DNA from: Chrysochromulina tobinii
Lineage: Eukaryota
NCBI GenBank assembly: GCA_001275005.1
Contig: JWZX01003411.1
Location: 1-37,764, forward strand
Reading direction: 5' to 3'
DNA length: 37,764 nucleotides
Notes under the pieces: model-generated
What the model saw: the letters and a program-made list of their open reading frames with translations, nothing else
Told to the model about the DNA's origin: nothing
The model's database searches: none
In this document: one piece after another, positions 8,242 to 17,309 of the stretch
Position numbering within the stretch: position 1 is the stretch's first letter
Layout of the letters: each line of letters starts with the position of its first letter
Made by a program: the position numbers and the translations under genes

Positions 8242-11200
8242 TCATTTTTGGCCTGGGCTCTTTATGACCAGCGCTTTGAACTTCGATGCGGCGGCGGCGG
8301 CCTTGAGCCCCTTGGCAACCGCGGGAGCGGTTGGGGTCGCGCCGCCGCCCCCGCCGCCGCCGCCGCCGCTCGGTCGCAGGAGTTTCCTGAGCTCGTCGTA
8401 CGAGATCGAGCCGCCGCCATCGGAGTCCCACTGGTCAAAGAGAGCATCGACGGCCTCCTTGGGTACGTCGAGCCCGAGGGCGGGCATGGCCTTGTGGAAC
8501 TCCTTCCGAGAGACGTCGCCGTCGCCGTCGGTGTCCCACTCGCGAAACAGGTCGAGGACGCGCACCGCATTCGCTTGGAGAGCCTTGCTGATCTGCTCGC
8601 TGACCGGCAGGGCCCCTTGGGATTCATCGAGGTCGAGGTTGCCCAGGACGGACGTCTTCGTCTTCTTCTTGGGCGAAGGAGACCTCGCCGGCGTGGGAGT
8701 GGCAATGGGGGGGGTGCTCGCCTTCGGAAGGCCCATCCGCACCGTCTGCAGCTCGCTCTCGAGATCGAGCGCCTCCTCGAGCGCCCTGTTGAGCTCTTTC
8801 GCGAGCGCGGCTCTGTCCTCGAGCGCCGTACCGAGCTCAGCCTCGGCACGCGCCGCCCTCTCCTTCGCGTGGCCGGCCTCGCGCTTTCCTCGCGCGCCTT
8901 CCTGCGCCGCGACGCTCAACGCCTCCCGCAACCCCCTCGCCTCCTCGCGCGCCTCGGCGAGCTCCGCCTGCCGCGCTTCCTCATGGGCCCTGGACTGCTC
9001 CGAACCACGCCCGTGCTGCTCGCGCAGCCTGCGGCGCTCCTCCTCAAACGAGGTGCGCTGAGCGGCGAGGAGCTTCTCGAGGAGCTGCTGGTTGGCCTTG
9101 CGCTGCTGCGCGACGTCTTCCTCGGCCTCCTGCCGCAACCTCTCCGCAATCTCCGTCGCGAGATGGGCCGCCTCGAGCGCCGTCCTGAGCTCATCGACCA
9201 CCTTCCCGGCCGACTGGCTCGCCGCGAGCGCTGCCTTCACGTCCTGCACCTCGTCGAGCAACGCGTCGTGACGGGCACGCAGGGCGGCGAGCTCGTCCTC
9301 GTGGGCTAGGCGCACCTGATGAGGGAGGCAATCAGCGGTGCACTCAGCGATGCACTCGAGCTCGTCCTCGTGGGCTAGGCGCACCTGATGAGGGAGGCAA
9401 TCAGCGGTGTCATCAGCGGTGCAATCTCGCACCATCTCGAGCTGCCCTGCCTCGAAGCGCGCTCGGCGCAGCTGCATCTCCATCGATCGACTCTCCTTCT
9501 CCATCCGAGCTAGCTCCTCGGCCCGCCTCGTGTCACTCGCGTCCCGCGCCCAGTAGCTGAAGGCATCCGAGAGTGCGGGCGCACGTAGACGGTTACCCGC
9601 CACGAGCAGCTGCAGAAGGCTCGAGCGCCGCGCCTCCCACAGCGCGACCCATGCCGTCCAACCGTCGACGAGGCCTTGGTTCAGCATGCGCCTCCCAATG
9701 GAACGTGTCAGGGCCGCCACCCTCGCCTCCCTGTCCTTCTGCTGCGCCAGCGCTGCCCTCTCCGCCGCCGTGCCGGTGAGCTCGACGTGCTGACGCTCGA
9801 GGGCGAGGCGCTTCGACTCTTCCGCGGCGGCGAGTTGTCGCTCAAGACTCGACTGGAGCGTCGCCAGCTCCGCACGAAGCGCCCGCTCCGTCGTTTGGTG
9901 CGTCGTCATCGTCGCGAGCCGTTTGGCGATGGCCGCGTCGAGTCGCCAATGCTCGAATGCGCTCGAAAGCTCTGGCGACTGAAGGCGATGGCTCGCCGCA
10001 CGCAACCGGCCGAGGGCGTAGCGGCGCGCCTCGTATGCCTCACACCATGCGCTCCATCCCCAAACGAGACCTCGATGCAACATGCGCCTCGCGCTCTGTC
10101 GACGGAGCAACTCGATGCGCTCCTCTCTCCTGGCCGCCTCCTGCGCCTCCAGCAGGCTCTGCGCCTCTGCGTGCCCGCCCGTAAGCTGCGCGACACGCTC
10201 CAAGAGCGCGAGCCGCTCCGCCTGCATCGCCGCCAACCGTCGGTCCGCTTCCGCCTTGACGAGGCAGAGCTCGCCGACGAGCCGCTGCCTCTCGAGCTCC
10301 AGAGTGGCCTCGCGCGCCTGCTGCGCGGAGAGCGTGAGACGCTGCTTGGCGTCGGCACTGCGCGCGCCCCAATAGCCAAATGCCCTTTCAAGGGCGGGGG
10401 TGCGCAGCCGGTTGCTCACCCGTCGTAGCCTCTCCATCGCAAACACGCGCGCGCGCCACATGTCGTGCCACGCCGCCCAGCCGTTGGCGAGCCCTTGGTG
10501 GAGAATCCGACGGCCCACCTGCCGCCGCAGCAATTCGACGCGCGCCTCCCTCGCCTGCTCCTCCCGCATCGCCATGAGCTCTGCTGCTGAGCCGGTCAGC
10601 TCCGACCGCAGCCGCTCGAGGGCCGTCTCTTTGATCCGCTCCGCCGCCGCGAGCTTCTTCTCGTACCTGGCATGTGCACGATGAGGGGGGCAATCAGCAT
10701 GCAACGAGGATTGGCAATCCGCATGCAACGAGGGAGAGCTGCTGAGATCGTACTCGAGAACGACCTCGCGCAGCTCGGACTGCAGCGAGCTCGCCGCCGA
10801 GTCGATTGACCCTAGACGCTCCTGCTGCGCCTCGATGAGCTTGGCCTGGCGCGCACGGGAGCGTCGCTCGCATAGGGCTGTCCATGAGCTCCAGGCAGCG
10901 CTCACGTCACGGCGCAGCATCCGTCGACCGGCCCGCCGGCACAGCAGCTCCACACGTTCCCTATGCGCCTGCTCCATTGCCAAGGCGGCCTTCTGCTCTG
11001 CACTGCCGCTCAGCTCGGTGGTGACTCGACGGAGTTCGACCTCGTGGAATGCAGCGGCCTCGAGGAGGCGGCGATCGCTTTCGGCCTTGACCTCGTGCAG
11101 CTCCTCCGTGAGCCTCGCGAGCTCCGCGAGAACTCCGCCCCATTTAGAGTCCTCCTCGGACTGCCGGCGTGCCTCGCGCGCCGCCACAGCGTCGGCTACC

Positions 11201-12582
11201 CAGTGATCGAGCGCTGCCGCCAACCGGGGCGTTCGCAGCCGGTTCGCGGTGGTACGCAACCGCTCATGGGCGTACCGTCGCGCGCGCCACATGTCATGCC
11301 ACGCCGCCCAGCCGTTGGCGAGCCCTTGGTGGAGGATCCGACGAGCCACCTGCCGCCGCAGCCAATCGATGCGCGCCTCCCTCGCCTGCTCCTCCCGCAT
11401 CGCCGCCTGCTCCTGTGCGGTGCCGAGAAGCTCGATGCGCTGACGCTCAAGAGCGAGGCGCTTGGCTTCCTCGGCCGCGTGCAGCTGCAGCCGGCACGCC
11501 TGACGCATCTCGGCTAGCTCAGCCTCCATCTGCATCGCCTGCTCGCGCAGCTGCAGCTCTCGACCCTCTAGATCCGCCGCGTGCTTCGCGTCGTGCCGCG
11601 CCTCGGCCACCGCCGCCGCCCACTTCTCAAACGTGTCCACGACAACCCCGCTGCGCAGACGGCGCCCTGCCTGGCGCAGTTTCTCCAGCGCCAACCACTT
11701 GGCCAGCCAGAACGCATGCCACGCCGCCCAGCCGTTGGCGAGCCCTTGGTGGAGGATCCGACGAGCCACCTGTCTCTGGAGCCGCTGGAGACCGTGCTCT
11801 TTAGCCTGCTTCTCTCGCGCCGCCGCTCGCTCCTCCGCCGACCCGCTGAGCTCGAGGAGCTGTCGGTCGAGCGCCAGTCGCACCTCCTCCGCCATCTGCG
11901 AGCTCATCGCCTCGCGCTGCCGCTCGCACTCCGCCTCGGCCTCGAGCCGATGCCTTTCGGCCTCGAGCTCCTTTGCGGCGAGAGCAGCCTCATACCGTGC
12001 GCACAGCTCTTGCTGGGCGCGCTCAGCATCGGCGGTGCCCGCCTGCTCGATCCCTCGCAGTCGCGTGAGCTCCTCGTTCATCCGGCGAAGCGCCCTCTCG
12101 AGCGCGTGGTTGCGCTTGAGCAGCTTGCCCTGCTCCTCCAGATATGGCAGCCCAAGCTTCGATGCGGCAACTGGCGGCCTCACGCTCCGCTCGTGCAGCA
12201 ACGGCAGCCCGGCAACGCCCGGTGGTTGTGGATGCCGCGACGGGAACGATGACACCCGTTTCAGGTGCCCAATGCTCGATGTGTTCGACTCCGTCAACCC
12301 CATCTCGACCCCGTGCTCGAAAATGGGCGACATGGCCTCGACGTTGAGATACGTGAGCGGCGCCGTGTCGGGACGCGATCGGGAGAGCGAGCTGTGCTGG
12401 TCGGGGTAGAAGTCAAACGGCGAGTTCATCGAGGTGAGTAAGCTGCTGCTACTCGTCGGTCGCCTCTGTACGAGGCTGCGCCCGCCGTTGGTCGAGGGAG
12501 TCGAGGCGCGAGAGGAGGGCGTCGGCAGCAGCTCGTGTCGCCCGAGGACCGGTGCATCATCGCTTAGCCACACCGTATTCAT
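8242..12582 (-). CDS. Large coiled-coil protein with six Trp-rich repeats and a C-terminal EF-hand pair; probable in-frame introns at 10667-10753 and 9316-9432
   Basis: EF-hands DTDGDGDVSRKE and DSDGGGSISYDE. Repeats RRILHQGLANGWAAW-type x6 separated by E/A/R/L coiled coil. First ATG at 12582 (the ORF track starts at a TTG at 12636). Confidence 0.85.
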   Translation of the reverse strand: MNTVWLSDDAPVLGRHELLPTPSSRASTPSTNGGRSLVQRRPTSSSSLLTSMNSPFDFYPDQHSSLSRSRPDTAPLTYLNVEAMSPIFEHGVEMGLTESNTSSIGHLKRVSSFPSRHPQPPGVAGLPLLHERSVRPPVAASKLGLPYLEEQGKLLKRNHALERALRRMNEELTRLRGIEQAGTADAERAQQELCARYEAALAAKELEAERHRLEAEAECERQREAMSSQMAEEVRLALDRQLLELSGSAEERAAAREKQAKEHGLQRLQRQVARRILHQGLANGWAAWHAFWLAKWLALEKLRQAGRRLRSGVVVDTFEKWAAAVAEARHDAKHAADLEGRELQLREQAMQMEAELAEMRQACRLQLHAAEEAKRLALERQRIELLGTAQEQAAMREEQAREARIDWLRRQVARRILHQGLANGWAAWHDMWRARRYAHERLRTTANRLRTPRLAAALDHWVADAVAAREARRQSEEDSKWGGVLAELARLTEELHEVKAESDRRLLEAAAFHEVELRRVTTELSGSAEQKAALAMEQAHRERVELLCRRAGRRMLRRDVSAAWSSWTALCERRSRARQAKLIEAQQERLGSIDSAASSLQSELREVVLEYDLSSSPSLHADCQSSLHADCPPHRAHARYEKKLAAAERIKETALERLRSELTGSAAELMAMREEQAREARVELLRRQVGRRILHQGLANGWAAWHDMWRARVFAMERLRRVSNRLRTPALERAFGYWGARSADAKQRLTLSAQQAREATLELERQRLVGELCLVKAEADRRLAAMQAERLALLERVAQLTGGHAEAQSLLEAQEAARREERIELLRRQSARRMLHRGLVWGWSAWCEAYEARRYALGRLRAASHRLQSPELSSAFEHWRLDAAIAKRLATMTTHQTTERALRAELATLQSSLERQLAAAEESKRLALERQHVELTGTAAERAALAQQKDREARVAALTRSIGRRMLNQGLVDGWTAWVALWEARRSSLLQLLVAGNRLRAPALSDAFSYWARDASDTRRAEELARMEKESRSMEMQLRRARFEAGQLEMVRDCTADDTADCLPHQVRLAHEDELECIAECTADCLPHQVRLAHEDELAALRARHDALLDEVQDVKAALAASQSAGKVVDELRTALEAAHLATEIAERLRQEAEEDVAQQRKANQQLLEKLLAAQRTSFEEERRRLREQHGRGSEQSRAHEEARQAELAEAREEARGLREALSVAAQEGARGKREAGHAKERAARAEAELGTALEDRAALAKELNRALEEALDLESELQTVRMGLPKASTPPIATPTPARSPSPKKKTKTSVLGNLDLDESQGALPVSEQISKALQANAVRVLDLFREWDTDGDGDVSRKEFHKAMPALGLDVPKEAVDALFDQWDSDGGGSISYDELRKLLRPSGGGGGGGGGATPTAPAVAKGLKAAAAASKFKALVIKSPGQK
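9316..9432 (-). other. Compound intron (117 nt = 48 + 69) with two acceptor cassettes and a 28-nt copy of the next exon
   Basis: ATG|GTGCGAGATTG...TGATTGCCTCCCTCATCAG-GTGCGCCTAGCCCACGAGGACGAGCTCG...TGATTGCCTCCCTCATCAG|GTGCGCCTAGCCCACGAGGACGAGCTCG. Unspliced, it puts non-coiled-coil DCLPHQ peptides into the ORF. Confidence 0.85.
10667..10753 (-). other. Intron (87 nt) with a 6-nt junction duplication and a variant cassette
   Basis: GA|GTACGATC...CTGATTGCCCCCCTCATCGTGCACATGCCAG|GTACGAGA; removal gives LEYEKKL. Confidence 0.8.
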
Positions 12583-13057
12583 GTCGCAAACGGACGCACT
12601 CGTTCTCGAGCCAGCTGTCCTGCGAACCGCCTCCAACTCTCTCCCAGACTGAATGAGCGCCTGCGACTGAAGAGGACGTCAGCAAAAAAACCGCTTCGCA
12701 TGCATGCAACGTTTCCAATTTTGAGCGACTTTTAGTTCTTCTGCGGTGTTCCGCACCCTGCACATGGCTGCGCAAAGGGCGAGGGTGCCATTGGCCACGT
12801 CGCCCACTCGCAGCCTTGGTGGTTCCGCGCACAGCTTCGAGTCGCAGCTCTCCATAACATCCACGACGTTCGTCGATGAGTGCGCGAGCAGCTACTCGTC
12901 GCAAGGGCGGCGTGGCTCGCCACTTCGGGGCACGGTTGCGGAGCACGTGACGCTCAAAGAACGCAAGAGCGCGCCGCATCATTGGCGGAACAAGGAACTC
13001 CCCGCTCGCCCCGTCAAGACGGACGAGCCTCTGACTCCACCTCTGACTCTCGCGACC

Positions 13058-15115
13058 ATGGCCCAGCCCAAGCAGGTCGTCAGCCTGTACCGATCGCTCC
13101 ACGTGCCCCTCGAGGCGTGGGAGGACCTAGCAGAGGCCTCCTTGCCAAAGTCGCCCGTGTCGGCGATGGCGGATTTCTCGTCGGACGCGGCCGTGGTCGA
13201 CGAGGACGAGACCTCCGACGATCTCGATGGCGATCTCGATGGCCAGAATGTCGAGCCGTCCAACGGGGCGTGGCCCCAGCTGACGCCTTACCGCACCCCT
13301 GGCTTTGGTACCCACTTTGGCCTGGGCGAGGAGACGCCGACGACGCCGTGGGGCTTGTCACCCGAGCAGCCCCGGCGCATCCCGCACAAGATCGCCACGC
13401 GCCTCGGCCTCGGGGGCTTTCGTGACGATAAGGGTCCGAGCCTCAAGTCCGAGCCTCAAGTTCGAGTCGCCGAGCCTCGCGATGGCCTCCACACAGTCCA
13501 CCCCGCGTCCCATTTACTTGGCAAGAGCGTCGACGAGGGCCGCGAGGCGCCCGCCATGGCGCCCGCAGCGTACGTCCGCGCCACGTGGACGCATTGGAGG
13601 GCCGACGTGGACGCCGCCTTTGCACGCACCGACACCAACGGCGACGGACAGATCTCCCGTACTGAGCTTGTCCGAGCGTGCCGCCTCGACGACGGTATGC
13701 GTGCGCTGCTCGGCCTGTCGGAGCAAATCCAGCTCGAGGACGGCACGCGCGATGCCTTCGAGCGTCTCTTCGGACGTATCGAGGAAGATTCCAAGAAAGT
13801 TCGGCGAGATGCCGCCGCCCTCGTCGCCTCCACCATCACCCTCGACAAGTTCCGTGCCATCCTGGCGCCTGAGCTCCTCCGAGCACACCATGCGAGCTCG
13901 GCCCGCGCGCGTGACGCTGTGGAGCAGATGCGCTCGAGCTCGGACAGCCGGCATCAGACCTCAGGGCATCAGACCTCAGGGCATCAGACCCCAGGGCATC
14001 AGACCTCAGGGCATCAGACCTCGACGCATCAGACCTCAGGGCATCAGACCTCAGGGCAGGTCGAGTATCCCGGGGGTTTCGTGCCTCTGCCCGGCAGGCT
14101 CTTGCCCTCCTCACCGCCCACCACGCGGCCGCCGCCGCCCCCGAGCCGCTCTGCCGTCGTCGAGGCGTGCTGCAGTCCCCACGTCACAACTCCCTCCGAC
14201 CTACGCTGCGCCGCGACCCTCGAGGCGGCGCGTCGGCACTGGCGACCGCTCGTGCCATTCGTGCCGCCCGTTACATTTGGGCGCACGCAGCTGCACTATC
14301 TCGACCGAGCTCGCGAGGCGGCGCGCAGCGGCTGCGACCGTGTCGAGGTGGCGATCGAGGCGATCAGTCGCCTCACGCCTGCTCATCTCGGCGCCATCCA
14401 GCACCTCTACATGCTCCTCGTCGAAAGCAGGCATGGAGCCCCCAGCACTACAGGCGCCGCGCTGAGCACGTCGGAATGGCGTCACTTTTGCATGCACTTC
14501 CTGCGCCAGCCCTCGTCGTTTGGGATGCTCCTTCCGATGACGCTCCTCCTCAGCCTCCACGAGCGCTTCGAGCGACGCTGCGCACACGCTGCCGCCCGGG
14601 CCGAGCCAGGCACCCGCTACTGCTCCTCTGACGGATCGAACGCGTCGGCACCATCGGGACCGTCGGCCGTCTCTGCGGGCGTGGCCTCTGCGGGCGTGAT
14701 CTCCTCGGGCGTGGGTGCCTTCATCGGCTTGCTCTGCGAAGTGGCAGATCACTGGGCGCGACGCAATGGCCTCGCTCCTCCTGAGCCGCCCCTCTCGGCG
14801 AGCTACACGAAGGAGATGGCGGTGGCCGTGCCACTCGCGGGCACGGCGACCGTTACGGCGCCCGACCTTGGTCTCTTCGAGGCCATCCGTGTGAGGCTGC
14901 GCCTACCGCCTGGGCTGCCGGCGCTTCATTATCTCCTCGATCGCATCGCCATCGCGTCAGATCCCGAGAGCGAGAACGGTGGCGACGCCGTCAAGAGATC
15001 TCAGCGGCACGCGATCATACACGCGATCCGTCGCCGGGCAGGTCAGCGCTTCGTCAAATGCACGAGCTTGGATCGAGCACTAGAGCCGCTCCGTCTGTGG
15101 CCCGTGCCAGCGTGA
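13058..15115 (+). CDS. EF-hand-containing protein of unknown function, divergent from the coiled-coil gene
   Basis: EF loop DTNGDGQISRTE within a 789-codon open frame (from 12746). ATG 13058 is the preferred start; start and 3' end are uncertain. Confidence 0.65.
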   Translation: MAQPKQVVSLYRSLHVPLEAWEDLAEASLPKSPVSAMADFSSDAAVVDEDETSDDLDGDLDGQNVEPSNGAWPQLTPYRTPGFGTHFGLGEETPTTPWGLSPEQPRRIPHKIATRLGLGGFRDDKGPSLKSEPQVRVAEPRDGLHTVHPASHLLGKSVDEGREAPAMAPAAYVRATWTHWRADVDAAFARTDTNGDGQISRTELVRACRLDDGMRALLGLSEQIQLEDGTRDAFERLFGRIEEDSKKVRRDAAALVASTITLDKFRAILAPELLRAHHASSARARDAVEQMRSSSDSRHQTSGHQTSGHQTPGHQTSGHQTSTHQTSGHQTSGQVEYPGGFVPLPGRLLPSSPPTTRPPPPPSRSAVVEACCSPHVTTPSDLRCAATLEAARRHWRPLVPFVPPVTFGRTQLHYLDRAREAARSGCDRVEVAIEAISRLTPAHLGAIQHLYMLLVESRHGAPSTTGAALSTSEWRHFCMHFLRQPSSFGMLLPMTLLLSLHERFERRCAHAAARAEPGTRYCSSDGSNASAPSGPSAVSAGVASAGVISSGVGAFIGLLCEVADHWARRNGLAPPEPPLSASYTKEMAVAVPLAGTATVTAPDLGLFEAIRVRLRLPPGLPALHYLLDRIAIASDPESENGGDAVKRSQRHAIIHAIRRRAGQRFVKCTSLDRALEPLRLWPVPA
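13951..14055 (+). repeat. 15-nt tandem repeat (HQTSG), 7 copies
   Basis: GCATCAGACCTCAGG with minor variants. Confidence 0.95.
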
Positions 15116-15153
15116 GCCGGTACGCTACTGGTACGCCCTCGCGGGTACTGTGC

Positions 15154-15213
15154 GGGGACGACAGGGGCGCCTCTGATTGCGCCTCTGATTGCCTCCCTCA
15201 TCAGGGGACGACA
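15154..15213 (+). mobile_element. Acceptor-cassette insertion flanked by a 10-nt direct repeat
   Basis: GGGGACGACA (15154-15163) + GGGGCGCCTCTGATTGCGCCTCTGATTGCCTCCCTCATCA + GGGGACGACA (15204-15213). Confidence 0.6.
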
Positions 15214-16437
15214 AGGAGCGCGAGAGTGCAGGGGATCAGCATGCAATGCCGTGGCATCCAGGACGCCTTGCTGCATGCCGTGTGCCCTCGACAGGCAGTG
15301 GCGGCACGGCACGCGGCCACGTGTGGCTATGCGCATGCATGCAATGCCGTGGCATCACGTTTGGCTATGCACATGCAATGTCTTGGCGGCCACGCGTGGC
15401 TATGCGCGGCAGTGGCTGATCGCCGCTGCGCCGCCCGCAATGCCGAGTGAGAGGACTGCTGAGTGGACTGTGTGGTGATGTGTGGAGGGGCGCCGCCTGG
15501 ACAAAGCTGCGCCGGCGGCCGTGGCGTGAAGTACTGAATGCAGCACCGTAGCTGCACCGTTCCAACGCATGCGGACACGTTTGGACATCATGTGGACATG
15601 GACTGCGACGAGTTGCTGGTCGGCGGCGTAAAAGCCGTGACTGCCATGTTGTCGGGAACATGCGTCACGTGGGCACAGTCACGTTCGAATGTGTCGGTGG
15701 CGCTTGTGCGTTGTATGGCGCTGTCCCCGCTGAGTCGTGAGATAAACGTAGATCGTAGTCTGAAGTCTCTAAAACGTGCGCATGTAAAAAATTTAACCGA
15801 ACCGAACGGCACCGCTCCACAGATGGATCCACGCACGCGCACAGTTTTGTTTTCGAGTGTATGCCGGGCGACCGAGTGTATCGCTCTTCCGTTGTAACAC
15901 CATCTCAGCGATCGGCGTCCGGTCCCGGCAGAGCGCGGTCCGGAGTCCGGGAGACGTCCCCCGCCGTGGCTGCCCGCCTTTTGCCCGCCTGCCCCCCAGG
16001 CGTGGGCCACTGTGATCAAGCCGCGATTGGAGTCCCGGAGAGGTGCGCACGACCTCACGAGTGAAAGAGCTAAGAGGTCGACGTGAGAGCGCACAGTGAT
16101 CAGTGTGTGGAACTGGCATCTCTGGCAATCGCGCTGCTCTTACAGCCGTGAAATCGCCCCATGTGAACCGTTATTGAGATCGGGATAACCCTGTGTCCGC
16201 GACCGAGGGACGCTCCCTGGGTCCCGCCCTCCCGCGAAGACCGAAGAGACTTATTGTGCAATTGGGGCCGATGGTAGCTTGAACCCCAGACGACCAAAGA
16301 CCCGAGCGACCGCGCACACTCGTGACAGAGCAAACGCGAGAATCACACACAAGATGCAAATACGGTATACGCGGGCCCGGGCGAAGCGCCGACGGATAGC
16401 TTAACCGATCCACATTACACATCATATTTCATCAGCA

Positions 16438-16995
16438 CGACATCGGCGGGACTGGCGCACGCCGCGCCTTCCCCATGCAGCATCGGTCTTGCCGAGCCTA
16501 TGGATCATGGCATCGGCGGCTCGGCGACATGCGCCTCGTCCTCTGAGTCCGAGTCCGCCACCGACGCCTCCATCGTCTCCTTGGTATGCGTGTGGCGTGC
16601 GTGCGGATGCGAGAGCGTCCAGAAGCCCAGCTTCTTGTTCCGATAGCGAATTCGTATCTCGCCCTCAACGACCACGTACTTGGTGCGCCAGCCTGCCGGC
16701 AGCGGCCGGCGCAGGACTTCAAAACGTAGCACGCCACTCGCCTGCTGGATCTGCGCCGACACGGCGCTGAGCGAGGCTACCGGCACGCAGTTCACGCTCG
16801 TCACAATGTCGCCCGGCAGGAGCTTTTTTCGCCTCGCGCAGCGGCGCGTTCGCGTCGATGTGCGCGATGACTACGCCCGCGACCGTCTCGTCTTCGGGCG
16901 GCTGCAGCGTGAGACCGAGGCGAGTGGTCGGCGTCGCCTTGAAGACGTCCACCTCGAGCGTCTGCGGGCCCTTGGCTCTCCCAAACGAGAGGATC
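16438..16995 (-). pseudogene. Partial, disrupted duplicate of the PDZ gene (source 19876-20435)
   Basis: Near-identical ~560 nt. Extra T in the run at ~16824-16829 (frameshift), CGA>TGA stop at 16505-16507, a 3-nt deletion, and no 5' part of the parent gene. Confidence 0.85.
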
Positions 16996-17309
16996 TTTAT
17001 CTCTCGAGGCATTATATCACAAAAGCGACGAATTTTGCTGAGCGCGATGATTTGAAGCGTCAGTGGCCCGAGGCCGAGGCTGAGCGTCAGCTTAGCATCT
17101 TCAACTGGAAGACTCGGGCTGCGCATAAGGCACGCCGGGATTGCGCAATTGCGGATTCTAAATTTAGAGCGTTTCAAATTTGAGTCTTAATTTAGAGTGT
17201 CGCAAAACCCTTTGAATGCACAAGCAAAACCGCTCATGTGGACAGGATTTTGGCGCTATCGGTACCATTATCACACGCCCGCACTGTGGTGCGTGTACGC
17301 GGGGCAAAG

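Noticed and set aside
7927..9309. 460-aa plus-strand ORF and similar long ORFs up to 12409
   Set aside because: Antisense shadows of the GC-rich coiled-coil gene.
1..15115. Calcium-signalling gene cluster (TRP plus two EF-hand genes)
   Set aside because: EF-hand genes are common and proximity alone is not evidence of a functional cluster.
15538..16425. Short overlapping ORFs (119-168 aa) on both strands
   Set aside because: No motifs or convincing coding pattern; left unannotated.
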